Assembly (NCBI GenBank): GCA_963813025.1
Contig: CAWEXO010000011.1
Location: 416,001 to 480,000 of the forward strand
Source of the DNA: an uncultured Verrucomicrobiae bacterium
GTDB lineage: Bacteria > Verrucomicrobiota > Verrucomicrobiia > Chthoniobacterales > JAFAMB01
DNA length: 64,000 nt
Direction: 5' to 3'
In this document: piece by piece, positions 18,119 through 27,873 of the stretch
Position numbering within the stretch: the stretch's first letter is position 1
Layout of the letters: each line of letters starts with the position of its first letter
The notes under the pieces: generated by a model
What the model was told of the DNA's origin: nothing
The model's input: the letters and a program-made list of their open reading frames with translations, nothing else
Database searches by the model: none
Position numbers and translations under genes: made by a program

Positions 18119-20095
18119 GTGATCGCCTTTCGCCAAGACTCCGAACCAGAGTTCAGGTGCCAAGTCCAGGCTCTGTTCGGTCCCAAAGGCGCGCTTTCGG
18201 GTCAGGCCCGTTTTGAGTACCGGCCGCAACAACAAAAAATGGCGGTATCGATCGCGCAAACCCTGGAACGCCAAGAGCATCTGGTCATCGAAGCCGGTAC
18301 CGGCGTTGGCAAGTCATTAGCCTATCTGGTTCCTTCCGTACTTCTAGCTCTCGAGGACAACCGCAAAGCGATTATCTCGACCCACACGATCAACCTTCAG
18401 GAACAGCTTTTGCAGAAAGATATTCCCGCAGTGCGAAAGTTGATCAAACAGCCTTTCCAGGCTGCGCTGCTGAAGGGCAGGCAGAATTACCTTTGCCCGA
18501 ATCGTCTCGATCGTGCGCTGCAGCTGCAGGCGGACCTTTTCGACGGATCGCAGCAAAAAGAGTTGCTTCGCCTGAAGGAGTGGAGCCAACGAACCACTGA
18601 AGGCACCTTAAGTGATCTCGATATTGAGCCTGATCCAAACGTTTGGGGCCAGGTTTGCAGCGAACCCCACATCTGCACTCCGAACAGTTGCGGCACCGAT
18701 GACCGTTGCTTTTACCAAAAGGCTCGTAAAAAGCTTTTGACCGCCGATCTCATCGTCCTAAACCACACCCTCCTTCTGCTGGCGATGCAGGCAGCGGCGG
18801 ACAACGAGCATCGGTCAGGTTATTTGTTTCCGCGAGATTTTCTTATCCTGGATGAAGCGCACACGATCGAATCAGTGGCCGCTCGGCAGATCGGTCTGGG
18901 TATCTCACAGTACGGCTTAAGGCAAACTCTCTACCGGCTCTACAACCCGAAGACGCAGAAAGGATTGTTTCAACTTTTGCGCGCGGCGGATTCGGTGCGC
19001 GAAACCACGCAAACCTGTGAATTGCTGGACCAGTTCTTCGCTTCGCTGGATCAGGCGGCCGACTTTCGCAAAGGTCGTGAGTTTCGGGTTCGCCGACCCG
19101 ACCTGGTTCCGGACAACGCCACCGTTGCCCTGGCCCGGGTACAAGCAGCCGTGGTTGCGGCCGTCAAGGGAGTGGACGACGAGAAACTGCGGGCTGAATT
19201 ACAGGACCTGGGCAGGCGCATTCGCGATGCTCGAGCCGGGATCTCTGACTTTTTGCGGCAAGCAGCCGAGAACCACGTCTACTGGATTGAGCGAACCGGC
19301 AAGGTCCGGCAACAGCTCTCTCTTCACGCTGTACCCGTCGATATCGCGCCAGTTCTGAAACACCTTTTCTTTTCAGAAGGGCAAAGCTGTGTGATGACCA
19401 GTGCAACTCTGGCCGTGGCCGCCGGTTCGCTTGATTACTTCCGCAAACGCGTAGGGGCTTCGGAGGTCACCGGGTGCCAGATCGGCAGTCCCTTCGACTT
19501 TGGGAAACAAATGAAGCTGTATGTGGTGAGCAAGATGCCCGAGCCGCGCGAGAGCGACTATGAAGCCGCTTTGCAGCATTGGATTTGGCATTTTCTCGAA
19601 AAAACACAGGGTCGCGCCTTTGTCCTCTTTACCAGCTATAAGACGATGACCAGCCTGACCCAGCGAATGGCGCCGAAACTGGAGAAGAAGTTCACCTTTC
19701 TGGTTCAAGGTCAAGGCGTTCCGCGCAGCCGGATGCTCGCCCGGTTCCGGGAAGCAAAGAACGGCGTCCTCTTCGGGACGGACAGCTTTTGGACCGGGGT
19801 GGATGTGCCTGGTGACGCGCTCTCCAACGTGATGATTACCCGTTTGCCCTTCGCCGTGCCCGATCATCCGCTCATCGAGGCGAAACTGGAATTGATCGCG
19901 GCCGCGGGTGGCGATCCTTTCACTGAGTTCTCGCTTCCCGAAGCGATTCTCAAGATGCGCCAAGGGGTTGGCCGGCTGATTCGGTCCACCAAGGATCGCG
20001 GTATCGTGGTGATTCTGGATAACCGCATTCTGAACAAGCCGTACGGGCGCGCCTTTCTCGAGGCTTTGCCAAAGTGCCCGCTTGAGATTGTCTGA
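18119..20095 (+). CDS. DinG/YoaA-family ATP-dependent DNA helicase
   Basis: EAGTGVGKS Walker A, Fe-S cysteines, DEAH, TSATL, FWTGVDVPG, QGVGRLIR. Confidence 0.95.
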   Translation: MIAFRQDSEPEFRCQVQALFGPKGALSGQARFEYRPQQQKMAVSIAQTLERQEHLVIEAGTGVGKSLAYLVPSVLLALEDNRKAIISTHTINLQEQLLQKDIPAVRKLIKQPFQAALLKGRQNYLCPNRLDRALQLQADLFDGSQQKELLRLKEWSQRTTEGTLSDLDIEPDPNVWGQVCSEPHICTPNSCGTDDRCFYQKARKKLLTADLIVLNHTLLLLAMQAAADNEHRSGYLFPRDFLILDEAHTIESVAARQIGLGISQYGLRQTLYRLYNPKTQKGLFQLLRAADSVRETTQTCELLDQFFASLDQAADFRKGREFRVRRPDLVPDNATVALARVQAAVVAAVKGVDDEKLRAELQDLGRRIRDARAGISDFLRQAAENHVYWIERTGKVRQQLSLHAVPVDIAPVLKHLFFSEGQSCVMTSATLAVAAGSLDYFRKRVGASEVTGCQIGSPFDFGKQMKLYVVSKMPEPRESDYEAALQHWIWHFLEKTQGRAFVLFTSYKTMTSLTQRMAPKLEKKFTFLVQGQGVPRSRMLARFREAKNGVLFGTDSFWTGVDVPGDALSNVMITRLPFAVPDHPLIEAKLELIAAAGGDPFTEFSLPEAILKMRQGVGRLIRSTKDRGIVVILDNRILNKPYGRAFLEALPKCPLEIV

Positions 20096-20381
20096 TAATT
20101 ACCAGGAGCAAAACCTGACGCACGAGGCGGCACGCCTTACGTAACGCGGAACTTGTCGCGCCGTAGTGCCGCGAAGCGGGCACGTAGGGGGACGGCCCTC
20201 GGGAGTGTCGGACCTTGGGTAATGTGTAGCGCGCGCAATCGAGCTTTCGTTCTGAAAGCAGGTTAGTGAGTTGTCCCAACGCGTCTTTGGTCCTCTAGCT
20301 AGTTCCCCAGAACTCTGCGCGTTCTTTTTGCGGCAAGAAACACTGGATTGATTGCCTTGGGCATCTCGACGTAGAAAGTAG

Positions 20382-20561
20382 GCAGCAGTGGGTCGGCAGT
20401 TAAGACCGGTGTGGCATTGGAGCTTTATGCCCGATAGCTAGTTTGGTTCCGAGCGTTTTGGTTGTTGCATTAGCGAAGCTCCAGATCGGGTTGTTTGCCG
20501 ATCTGGAGCTATCCTGTTTAGGAGATTTCTCTCTATCTACCAACTCGGGCCGATGCGCTGC
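20382..20561 (+). ncRNA. Putative IS110 bridge RNA (~180 nt)
   Basis: Outer stems GCAGC/GCTGC and GTCGGC/GCCGAT; inner hairpin GGCAT/ATGCC and a perfect 13-bp stem (20477-20489/20498-20510); 7-nt matches to both junctions. Confidence 0.65.
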
Positions 20562-20599
20562 AGTGTGAAAGCAAGAACAACATCTAACCCAAGAGAGGT

Positions 20600-21990
20600 A
20601 TGGCAAAGAAAACCACGACCAAGCGAAAGAACAAATCAAAAACTCACCGGAGTGTTCTGGAACGGATCAATCTCAAGGCCGCAGGAATCGATATCGGGGC
20701 GAATTTTCACCTGGTGGCCATTCCCGAAGACCGCGGCTCAGAAACGGTGCGCAAGTTTGGCCCTTTTACGAGCGATCTGCAGCGGATGGCTGACTGGCTG
20801 AGCGAACACCACATTGAGACCGTAGTGATGGAATCAACGGGGGTTTATTGGATACCGGTGTTCCAGATTCTGGAGCAGAGAGGGTTGGAGGTAAAATTGG
20901 TCAACGCAGCTCATGTCAAGAATCTGCCTGGACGCAAAAGCGACGTCTCGGACTGCCAATGGCTTCAACAACTCCACACCTTTGGTCTTTTAAACGGCTC
21001 GTTCCGACCCAAGGACGAGGTCTGCGTCTTGCGCAGCTTCCTGCGCCTGCGCGACACCTTGGTTAAGGACTGCAGCAGCCATGTGTTACGCATGCAGAAG
21101 GCCTTAACCGAAATGAATATCCAAGTGCACCGCGTGTTGAGCGACATCACCGGTTATAGTGGCATGGCGATGATTCGGGCGATTTTGGCCGGAGAACGCA
21201 ATCCGCTCAAGCTTGCCCAGATGAAACACCCCCAAGTGAAAGCATCCACTGATCAGATCGTCAAAGCCTTACAGGGAGATTACCGAGCCGAGCATCTCTT
21301 CGCCTTGCAAACGGCCCTGGAACTCTATGACACCTACCAGCTCAAGATCACCGCCTGCGAAAGCAAGATTGAGCAACAACTTGAGCAATTCGACACTAAA
21401 CTAGATTTGGAGCAAGCCCTCGAGCAAAGCGGGGCGGCCCAAGCACGGTCGGCCCAAGTTCGCCTAGCCCTGCAGCGCCGAGCGCATCTGGCCAGCGTTT
21501 GTGGTGTCGATCTGAGTCAGTTGCCTGGCTTGAGCACCTTGGCGGTGGAAGTCATCATTTCGGAAACGGGTTTAGACATGACCTGTTGGAAAAGCGAAAA
21601 ACACTTTTGCTCCTGGCTTAAACTCTGTCCGGACAATCGCATCAGCGGCGGCAAACTGCTCAGTTCCAGCCCCAGAAAAACCAAGAATCGCGCGGCGGCC
21701 ATGTTCCGGCTGGCGGCCCAAGGAGCCATGCAAAGTAAGACGGCCATCGGCGCTTTTATCCGCCGCATCAAAGCCCGATTGGGGGCACCCACCGCCATCA
21801 ACGCCGGAGCTCATAAACTGGCACGCTTGTTCTATCGCATGCTCAAGTTCGGAGCTGCCTATGTCGAGCAAGGCAACTCTACTACGAGAAAAAATACAAA
21901 GACCGCCTACTTCACAATCTCAGCCGACGAGCCAAAGAATTCGGACTCCAACTCACGCCTCTAGACCCAGCCACGGATTTAGTTTCTTAG
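20600..21990 (+). CDS. IS110-family DEDD recombinase; 1-nt frameshift near 21872, natural C-terminus ends at TAG 21988-21990
   Basis: GIDIG, VMESTG, KSDVSD (DEDD), ISGGK catalytic Ser; alternative frame gives ..YYEKKYKDRLLHNLSRRAKEFGLQL.. typical of the family. Confidence 0.93.
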
Positions 21991-22415
21991 GAGCGGTAGG
22001 GCGATCCACCTTCGCGGACGAGCGCCAAGCGAGAACTTGTTTGACGTGTCCGCCATAGCCTTGGCGAAGGCGGAGCCGTCTGGAGTGGGTGGCTCATCCC
22101 AATGTCAGGCTTGAATAAGGAGATTGTCTCACAACACCCAAGCTCGGTAGAGCAAGCTCCTGCTTGACCTCCTTAGTGCCGGATCACGTCTCGATCCGGA
22201 CAAGTAGGCCGCCTGCGCAAGGCTACTACGGCGCGCCCTCCGCTCAATCGTTTGTGTCATTCCATATCCGGGCAGCGACGAAGGCTTGTCCCTCGTCGGT
22301 GAATTCATCCCTACCGCCAATCGCTTGATGGCGTACTACAGATTACCCAAAGCCCGATAAACCCGGCCTTGTCCGTATTCTGCGGCGATAATGGTTTGCC
22401 CATCCATCGCTGAAG

Positions 22416-22444
22416 TTGACACTAGTACGCGCCAAACCGATGAT
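22416..22444 (+). promoter_or_regulatory. Sigma70-type promoter of tRNA-Cys
   Basis: TTGACA at 22416, 17-bp spacer, weak -10 GATGAT, 14 nt before the tRNA. Confidence 0.45.
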
Positions 22445-22458
22445 ACGGCTTTTCGTTT

Positions 22459-22533
22459 GGCGGGGTAGCCAAGTGGTAAGGCCGAGGTCTGCAAAACCTC
22501 TATTCGCGGGTTCGATTCCCGCCCCCGCCTCCA
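22459..22533 (+). tRNA. tRNA-Cys (GCA)
   Basis: Cloverleaf: GGCGGGG/CCCCGCC acceptor stem, GAGGT-CTGCAAA-ACCTC anticodon arm, GGTTCGATT T-loop, encoded CCA. Confidence 0.97.
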
Positions 22534-22574
22534 TGGCTTAAAAAATGAGGCACTTACGTCTCACCTTGCTAACT

Positions 22575-23015
22575 TCAGTTGATCCCATTGTCCGTGTGAG
22601 AAGCTTTGTCAGCCTTTACGTAAGAATCGGTCTCTGCTGTGCTTGAAATAGCGTGGGCGCCCGCTTCTTTGAAGATATCTTTTACGCGGTTAGTCTCATT
22701 GCGGCTTTCGGAATGAACCGCAAGAAGGATACCACCCTCCTTCACTCTTCTTTCATAGGACTTGGCTATGTACCCCGGGATACCTAAACCAACCACGGCT
22801 CCTGTCAGTCCGCCGCCAAATGCACCAATCGCGCTCTCGGTGAGCGCTACCTTTATCGGTCCGGCAGCAATGAACGGCGCCAAGCCAGGCATAGCCAATG
22901 CACCGATACCCGCTAAAGAAATATCGTTGTCCGAGAAGCCTGCGCTTCTAAGCTTTCTGACGAGCGCGTAGGCCTGATCTTCTGTGTCAACGAGACATAG
23001 TGCGGAACGTTTCAT
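22575..23015 (-). CDS. General stress/DUF3341-like membrane protein, apparently internally shortened
   Basis: AGFSDNDIS, GIGALAMPG..FIAAGP, GLGIP..AKSYE..VKEGGILLAVH motifs. Confidence 0.65.
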   Translation of the reverse strand: MKRSALCLVDTEDQAYALVRKLRSAGFSDNDISLAGIGALAMPGLAPFIAAGPIKVALTESAIGAFGGGLTGAVVGLGIPGYIAKSYERRVKEGGILLAVHSESRNETNRVKDIFKEAGAHAISSTAETDSYVKADKASHTDNGIN

Positions 23016-23630
23016 GTCAGTTGGATTGTCCCGTGTGAAAAGGAAGGCCATGTCCCTCAGTTTTCCGCTTTGACCTCAAAACCGTCGACCGCCTTTCATT
23101 TAGGTTGTGTTCCAAAGAGCGCGCATAACTTTGGCAAAGCTAAAGAACGCAGTGGCATTTTGGTCGCGCGTAAAGATATAGAACAGCGGGATTCCGAGCA
23201 CGGACGCTTGGATCACATGAAGGTCGCCTTTTGTAGCGATGATCGCTGTTTTCATCGAGTGTCCCGCTCTTTTCGGCAAATCCCCAAAAAAGAACAGCGA
23301 AAAAACGGAGATTTACAAAACTGTAACGCAAACGTAAGGCTGTCCTCTCGGAAACCTTTCAATCCAGAACGGACAAACGATGGCAAACGTTTAGGGCTCC
23401 TGCAAGTCCTCCTTGCGCGCGTTCCGATGGCCAGCCGATTGCAGCGTTTCTATTATCAGCGGCGCAGTGCAGCTCGCAGCGATTTTCCCCGGCTTGGGTC
23501 AAGTCGGCCGCCTAGACGGCGCACTAATAAGCGGCTTCACCGCCATTAGTTATACCGATCTTTGGCCAATTGCCCATTTTTAGATCCCATTGGTTCTTGG
23601 CCCGGGATCATGCAACTATAACGCTCCCTC

Positions 23631-24594
23631 ATGGAAATAGCCTTCTGGGTTCATCACCTGAACCCGTTTGTCGTTCGATTTAATGAACAACTTGGCATTC
23701 GCTGGTATGGACTGGCCTACCTGGCAGGTTTCGTCGCTGCTTTTTATCTGATCAAGTGGCTCGCCCGGAAAGGCTATGGCGCGCTCCGCGAAAGCGAAGT
23801 CGCCGATTTCATCTTTTACGCAGCCCTTTTTGGAGTGCTCGCCGGCGGCCGGATCGGTTACGTACTTTTCTACCGCCCCAACATGATCTTTGAAGATCCG
23901 TTGGGGATCTTTCGTGTTTGGGACGGCGGAATGGCCAGCCACGGCGGTATTCTGGGACTCATCATTTTCAGCTGGATTTACGCCCGGCGTCAGCCACATT
24001 TCCTGGACCGGAGTCGGGGACAACCTCGTCACCGCCGCCCCAATTGGATTGTTCTTTGGCCGATTGGCCAACTTCATCAACGGAGAACTCTACGGACGGA
24101 TCAGCCACGTGCCTTGGGCGATGCAGTTCCCGGCCGAACTTCTCGATCATCCAACCGAAGCAGCGGCGGCGATCGAACAGACAACCCGCCTTGATCCTGC
24201 TCTGAACTCGCCTGCGGCCATCATTGACGCCTCGCGCACCAATCCGCAGCTGCGCGAAATTCTGAGTCACATCTTGTCACCGCGCCATCCTAGCCAACTT
24301 TACGAAGCGGCCTTGGAAGGTGTCGTCCTTTTCGTTTGCCTGTTAACCATTCGGTTGCGTTTTCGTACCCCGAATGGGATAACGACTGCCGCTTTCTTTT
24401 TCCTGTACCCGTTGATGCGGATCACCGGCGAGTTCTTTCGCGAACCGGACGCTCCGCTGACCGGACCATTCACCCGTGGTCAGTTTCTTTCTCTATTCAT
24501 GTTTGTGGTCGGGATGCTCTTCCTCATCTCGGCCCTGCGACAAAAGAAGTCATCTTCGGGCGAAAGTCATTTCTCTGCCCGTTCCCAGCGTTAG
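23631..24594 (+). CDS. lgt: Prolipoprotein diacylglyceryl transferase, split by a 1-nt frameshift near 23990
   Basis: IRWYGLAY, GGRIGYVLFY, GGMASHGG in ORF 23631; GRLANFINGELYGR, RHPSQLYE, EFFREPD, GQFLS in the second frame. Confidence 0.92.
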
Positions 24595-24607
24595 CCAGGA
24601 AGTTTTC

Positions 24608-24686
24608 GTAGCGCGAACGGCCTCGTCCGTACACCCTGGACGACTGGCTTATCCACGCATAGTACGGACGAGGCCGTCCGCGCCAC
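24608..24686. repeat. REP-like inverted repeat pair (GTAG-type), possible bidirectional terminator
   Basis: 25-nt arms 24608-24632 and 24662-24686 complementary at 23/25; third copy at 35167-35188. Confidence 0.75.
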
Positions 24687-24733
24687 GCTTTTGACATTGG
24701 TGCTCCTAGCCGTCGCCAGTCCGGCTCGGATAT

Positions 24734-25135
24734 TCACCGAGGCGTTAATCGCAAAAACTGGTTTTCGGCCGTCTTGACCAGCACGATCCGCTTTTCCGAT
24801 TGCTGGCGAGTCTGATAAAGCGGGATTTTGCCAGAATCATCGACTCCGATCCGCCGCGCGTCGGCTTCCGGCAATTCCAGGGGCGCGTTGGTCTGCAGGA
24901 AATAGCTTTCCTTTTTCCAACGCAGAATCTCCTGGCCCGGATTACTCCGCGGATCGTACTCGACAGCGACAGAGTCGCCCACCGCCGTGGGCTGCCGCAC
25001 CACTTCCAGTTCGTTCCGGTGCCGGGCATCGAGAAAAATCAGCAGAGCAACAATCGCCAGCCCGGCCGGGAATCCTGCCAAAATACCATAAGCCCACTTC
25101 TGTCCCGGCAAACGTGCGTCGACGTCGTCTGTCAT
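24734..25135 (-). CDS. Hypothetical single-pass membrane protein
   Basis: One TM helix (GILAGFPAGLAIVALLIFL) followed by a soluble domain; the longer track start runs through repeats. Confidence 0.6.
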   Translation of the reverse strand: MTDDVDARLPGQKWAYGILAGFPAGLAIVALLIFLDARHRNELEVVRQPTAVGDSVAVEYDPRSNPGQEILRWKKESYFLQTNAPLELPEADARRIGVDDSGKIPLYQTRQQSEKRIVLVKTAENQFLRLTPR

Positions 25136-25253
25136 TAGTATTCCGCAACCGCCACTATGGACATCGGGAGCAGGACAGTCAATGAGCTGGCAAGGCAGAC
25201 GACCAACTCCTGACTCCTGATTACCGGACTCCTGCAACTCCTGCGACTCCAAT

Positions 25254-27776
25254 TTACGAAGCGATAACTGACGCCCGATGGCGCCCCTGATACCTCGTTT
25301 GTTGCGCCGGCAATAATGGCGGACACGCGGTTTTTGATGGGCTGACCGTTTGCTCGATATAGCTCCAAGCTACTCTCTGGAGATGCTGCCACCGATTCCA
25401 AGGGTAAACCGGCGCTTGGGCAACCTGGCGCAGCAGACTTCTCCATTCAATGATCGCTCGATCGATGTCGCCCGGTTGAAGCGCTTCGCCAGTCAATTTT
25501 TGCTTCGGTATGCCGTGTGCCACGATGTCGCGAATCACTTCGGAAGCGCCCGCCCCGTAACCTGGCGGGACACCGCTCTCGAGAAGACCGGAAGAATCGG
25601 TTCGAGCGTATACCTGCTGGCTTGCCAATCCTAACCGTCCGCTCACCCGGGTATCATTAAGACAGAAACGGTGTCCGGCTCGCAAGTTTGCCAGGTCGAA
25701 CACCAGATCTTTAATCGCGTAATCCTCCTGCTCAAGAGCGGCCGCTATAGCCAACCCTTCGCCTTGGTTAAAGAAGCTGGCGATTACGCCACGCCGAGTC
25801 GGTTCACCGGATTTTTTGACCAAGCCAAGCTGACGCCAAAGGAGCGCCGGAGTCACAGCCAAATCGAGGGATTCGCATTGCACACGGTAGAGGCAATTCC
25901 GACAAATCGCCGGGAATTCGCGGCGGATCTCCGGAGCCTTCAGACAACGGCCGGCCACGTCCAGATACCCTTCGGCCGGTAGATGCCCAAAGCTGAATCG
26001 AGCAGAAACAATATTTCGCAGCACGGCCTGAGAGACAAAGAGTCCGCCAGTCGCTTTTTCTAATATTGGCCGAAGGAGTTTTACGTATTCGTTCACGGAG
26101 ACGCCTGGAGAAAACACGAAGGCCGGATATTCCTTGTGCAGCAGCTTTCTCAGCCACTTTACAGGGCGCCACTGATCGCCCGTACGAGTCAAAACGGGAA
26201 TTTCCCGTCCATACACCCGCTCTTTTTTCTTCGCCGGCAGGCGGCAGAGCAACCCGATGCCAAGGCCTTCCAATGTGGTAGGTACACTAAGCGCCGGATG
26301 CCATCGGTCCGTACCGGCTCGGATCCAGAGCTTTTCCAGCGCGATCCCTGTCTTTTCCGGACAGAGTTCCCACTGCCCAAAGGAATTTTTCATTTCTAAC
26401 TGGTGACTGCGGACGAGGCGCGCTCGCTCTCCATCGACTTTCAATCCACAGGGCCGATCCACTCGTTCGTCTGAATGTTCGACCAACGGCATCTCTGCAG
26501 TCTGCTGCCCTAGTCCCGGCGAACCGGCTAGGGCCTTGCCGTCCCAGTAATAGACTTCAACTCCAAGCGGTACCCTGCCTTTTGAGAATAACCGGTGAGA
26601 GAGTTTCAAGGCTGCCGCAAAAGGATCAAGGTTCCTCTGGGCGGCGGCGTCCATCACGGCCAACAGCGAAGGCCAATCAAGCGCGTCCGGACGCCGAAGC
26701 TTCTGTGGGACAGCTTCGTGAATCCGGGGCACGTCCGGGGTCACGAGAACGTAACCGGCGTCATCCAGACCTCGTCGACCAGCTCGGCCAAACATTTGGA
26801 GGAGTTCATCGGGGCGTACCTGGCGCTGAAAATTGCCGGCCTGGTACTTGGTATCAGTCACCAGCACAGATCGGGTGGAAAAATTTATTCCTGCGGCCAA
26901 TCCCATGGTCGCAACCACCACTCGCAGCTGACCTTTCTTGGCGAGAGGCTCGATCAATCCAGCCCGCACGGCATAGCTCAGCCCGCTGTGATGGAAAGCC
27001 ACCCGATTCTTCAGAAGACGCGCGAGGGTGCGACCAGCCATCATCTTCTGCTCCGGGCTAAGAACCAGCGGATCGATCGGGGGCAAAGCCCCGGCCAGGT
27101 TTTGCGTCAGTTCCTCCGCGGCATTCCGGCGCGGCGCAAAGACCAGAACAGGCCCGAGATCAGAGAGCAGCGCGCGACTGATCAGCGTTGGCCAATAGCC
27201 GCGGACCCCATTCGGCGTACGCGCTGGCAAATCGTTGAGCATCACTTCATCCAACCGGATCGGCCGTTCTCGATTCTGGACCAACTCGGCGTCCCGTCCG
27301 ATCCGGCGGAGCCAGGCCACAATGTCTTCCGGGTTTGCCACACTGCCGCTCAATAACAACAGCTGGGTATGCGGGGGAGCTAAGGCGAGGATCAGTTCGT
27401 AGTTGGTTCCCCGAACCGGGTCGGCCAGCAATTGATATTCATCGACCACGAGGAGACGGGGACCTTGTCCTTGCAAGAATCCCCTCTTTTGTGTCTCCAG
27501 CGTGGCGACGACGACCCTGGCATCGAGGCGTTCGGTGATATCGCCTGTAGCGATTCCAACGTCCCAGCCCCGGGCCAGCCATTCTCTCAGCTTGTCATTG
27601 GCTAGCGCCCGGGTGGGAACAGTATAGATCGCCTGTCCTCGCAGGGTTTCGTAAAGCAACTCGAAGACATAGGTCTTTCCCGCACCCGTCGGCGCATCGA
27701 TTACCACATCTTTACCCGACCGCAGCAGATTGACGGCATCCTGCTGCCACTTGTCCGGGATGATCAGATTGACCAT
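25254..27776 (-). CDS. Ski2/HelY-like DExH helicase
   Basis: APTGAGKT, PTRALANDK, DEYQ, LSGS, FHHSGL, TMGLAAGIN, QMFGRAGRRG. Confidence 0.9.
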   Translation of the reverse strand: MVNLIIPDKWQQDAVNLLRSGKDVVIDAPTGAGKTYVFELLYETLRGQAIYTVPTRALANDKLREWLARGWDVGIATGDITERLDARVVVATLETQKRGFLQGQGPRLLVVDEYQLLADPVRGTNYELILALAPPHTQLLLLSGSVANPEDIVAWLRRIGRDAELVQNRERPIRLDEVMLNDLPARTPNGVRGYWPTLISRALLSDLGPVLVFAPRRNAAEELTQNLAGALPPIDPLVLSPEQKMMAGRTLARLLKNRVAFHHSGLSYAVRAGLIEPLAKKGQLRVVVATMGLAAGINFSTRSVLVTDTKYQAGNFQRQVRPDELLQMFGRAGRRGLDDAGYVLVTPDVPRIHEAVPQKLRRPDALDWPSLLAVMDAAAQRNLDPFAAALKLSHRLFSKGRVPLGVEVYYWDGKALAGSPGLGQQTAEMPLVEHSDERVDRPCGLKVDGERARLVRSHQLEMKNSFGQWELCPEKTGIALEKLWIRAGTDRWHPALSVPTTLEGLGIGLLCRLPAKKKERVYGREIPVLTRTGDQWRPVKWLRKLLHKEYPAFVFSPGVSVNEYVKLLRPILEKATGGLFVSQAVLRNIVSARFSFGHLPAEGYLDVAGRCLKAPEIRREFPAICRNCLYRVQCESLDLAVTPALLWRQLGLVKKSGEPTRRGVIASFFNQGEGLAIAAALEQEDYAIKDLVFDLANLRAGHRFCLNDTRVSGRLGLASQQVYARTDSSGLLESGVPPGYGAGASEVIRDIVAHGIPKQKLTGEALQPGDIDRAIIEWRSLLRQVAQAPVYPWNRWQHLQRVAWSYIEQTVSPSKTACPPLLPAQQTRYQGRHRASVIAS

Positions 27777-27873
27777 CGCGCTTTACCTTCGGTAAAGCGA
27801 TCGCAAATAGCAAATTACCGATGATCGATGGCCGATGGCCTGAATTGCACCGTCATCGGGCATTGGTAATTGG

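Larger units (their letters stand above)
20301..21993 (+). mobile_element. IS110-family element (ends inferred; AG core at 20301-20302 and 21992-21993)
   Basis: Recombinase gene with a ~300-nt structured left end and a very short right end; repeated AG dinucleotide at the inferred junctions. Confidence 0.7.

Noticed and set aside
20400..20639. 79-aa minus-strand ORF in the IS110 left end
   Set aside because: Better explained as structured non-coding RNA; no coding signature
22343..22534. 63-aa ORF MEAGAGIEPANRGFAD
   Set aside because: Antisense shadow of tRNA-Cys
22459..22600. tRNA-Cys as the integration site of an island
   Set aside because: I found no duplicate of the tRNA 3' end and no adjacent integrase
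23070..23549. 159-aa ORF between the stress gene and lgt
   Set aside because: No motif, RBS or protein-like composition; treated as intergenic
21860..24000. Programmed frameshifting in the IS110 gene or lgt
   Set aside because: No slippery sequence or stimulatory structure at either site
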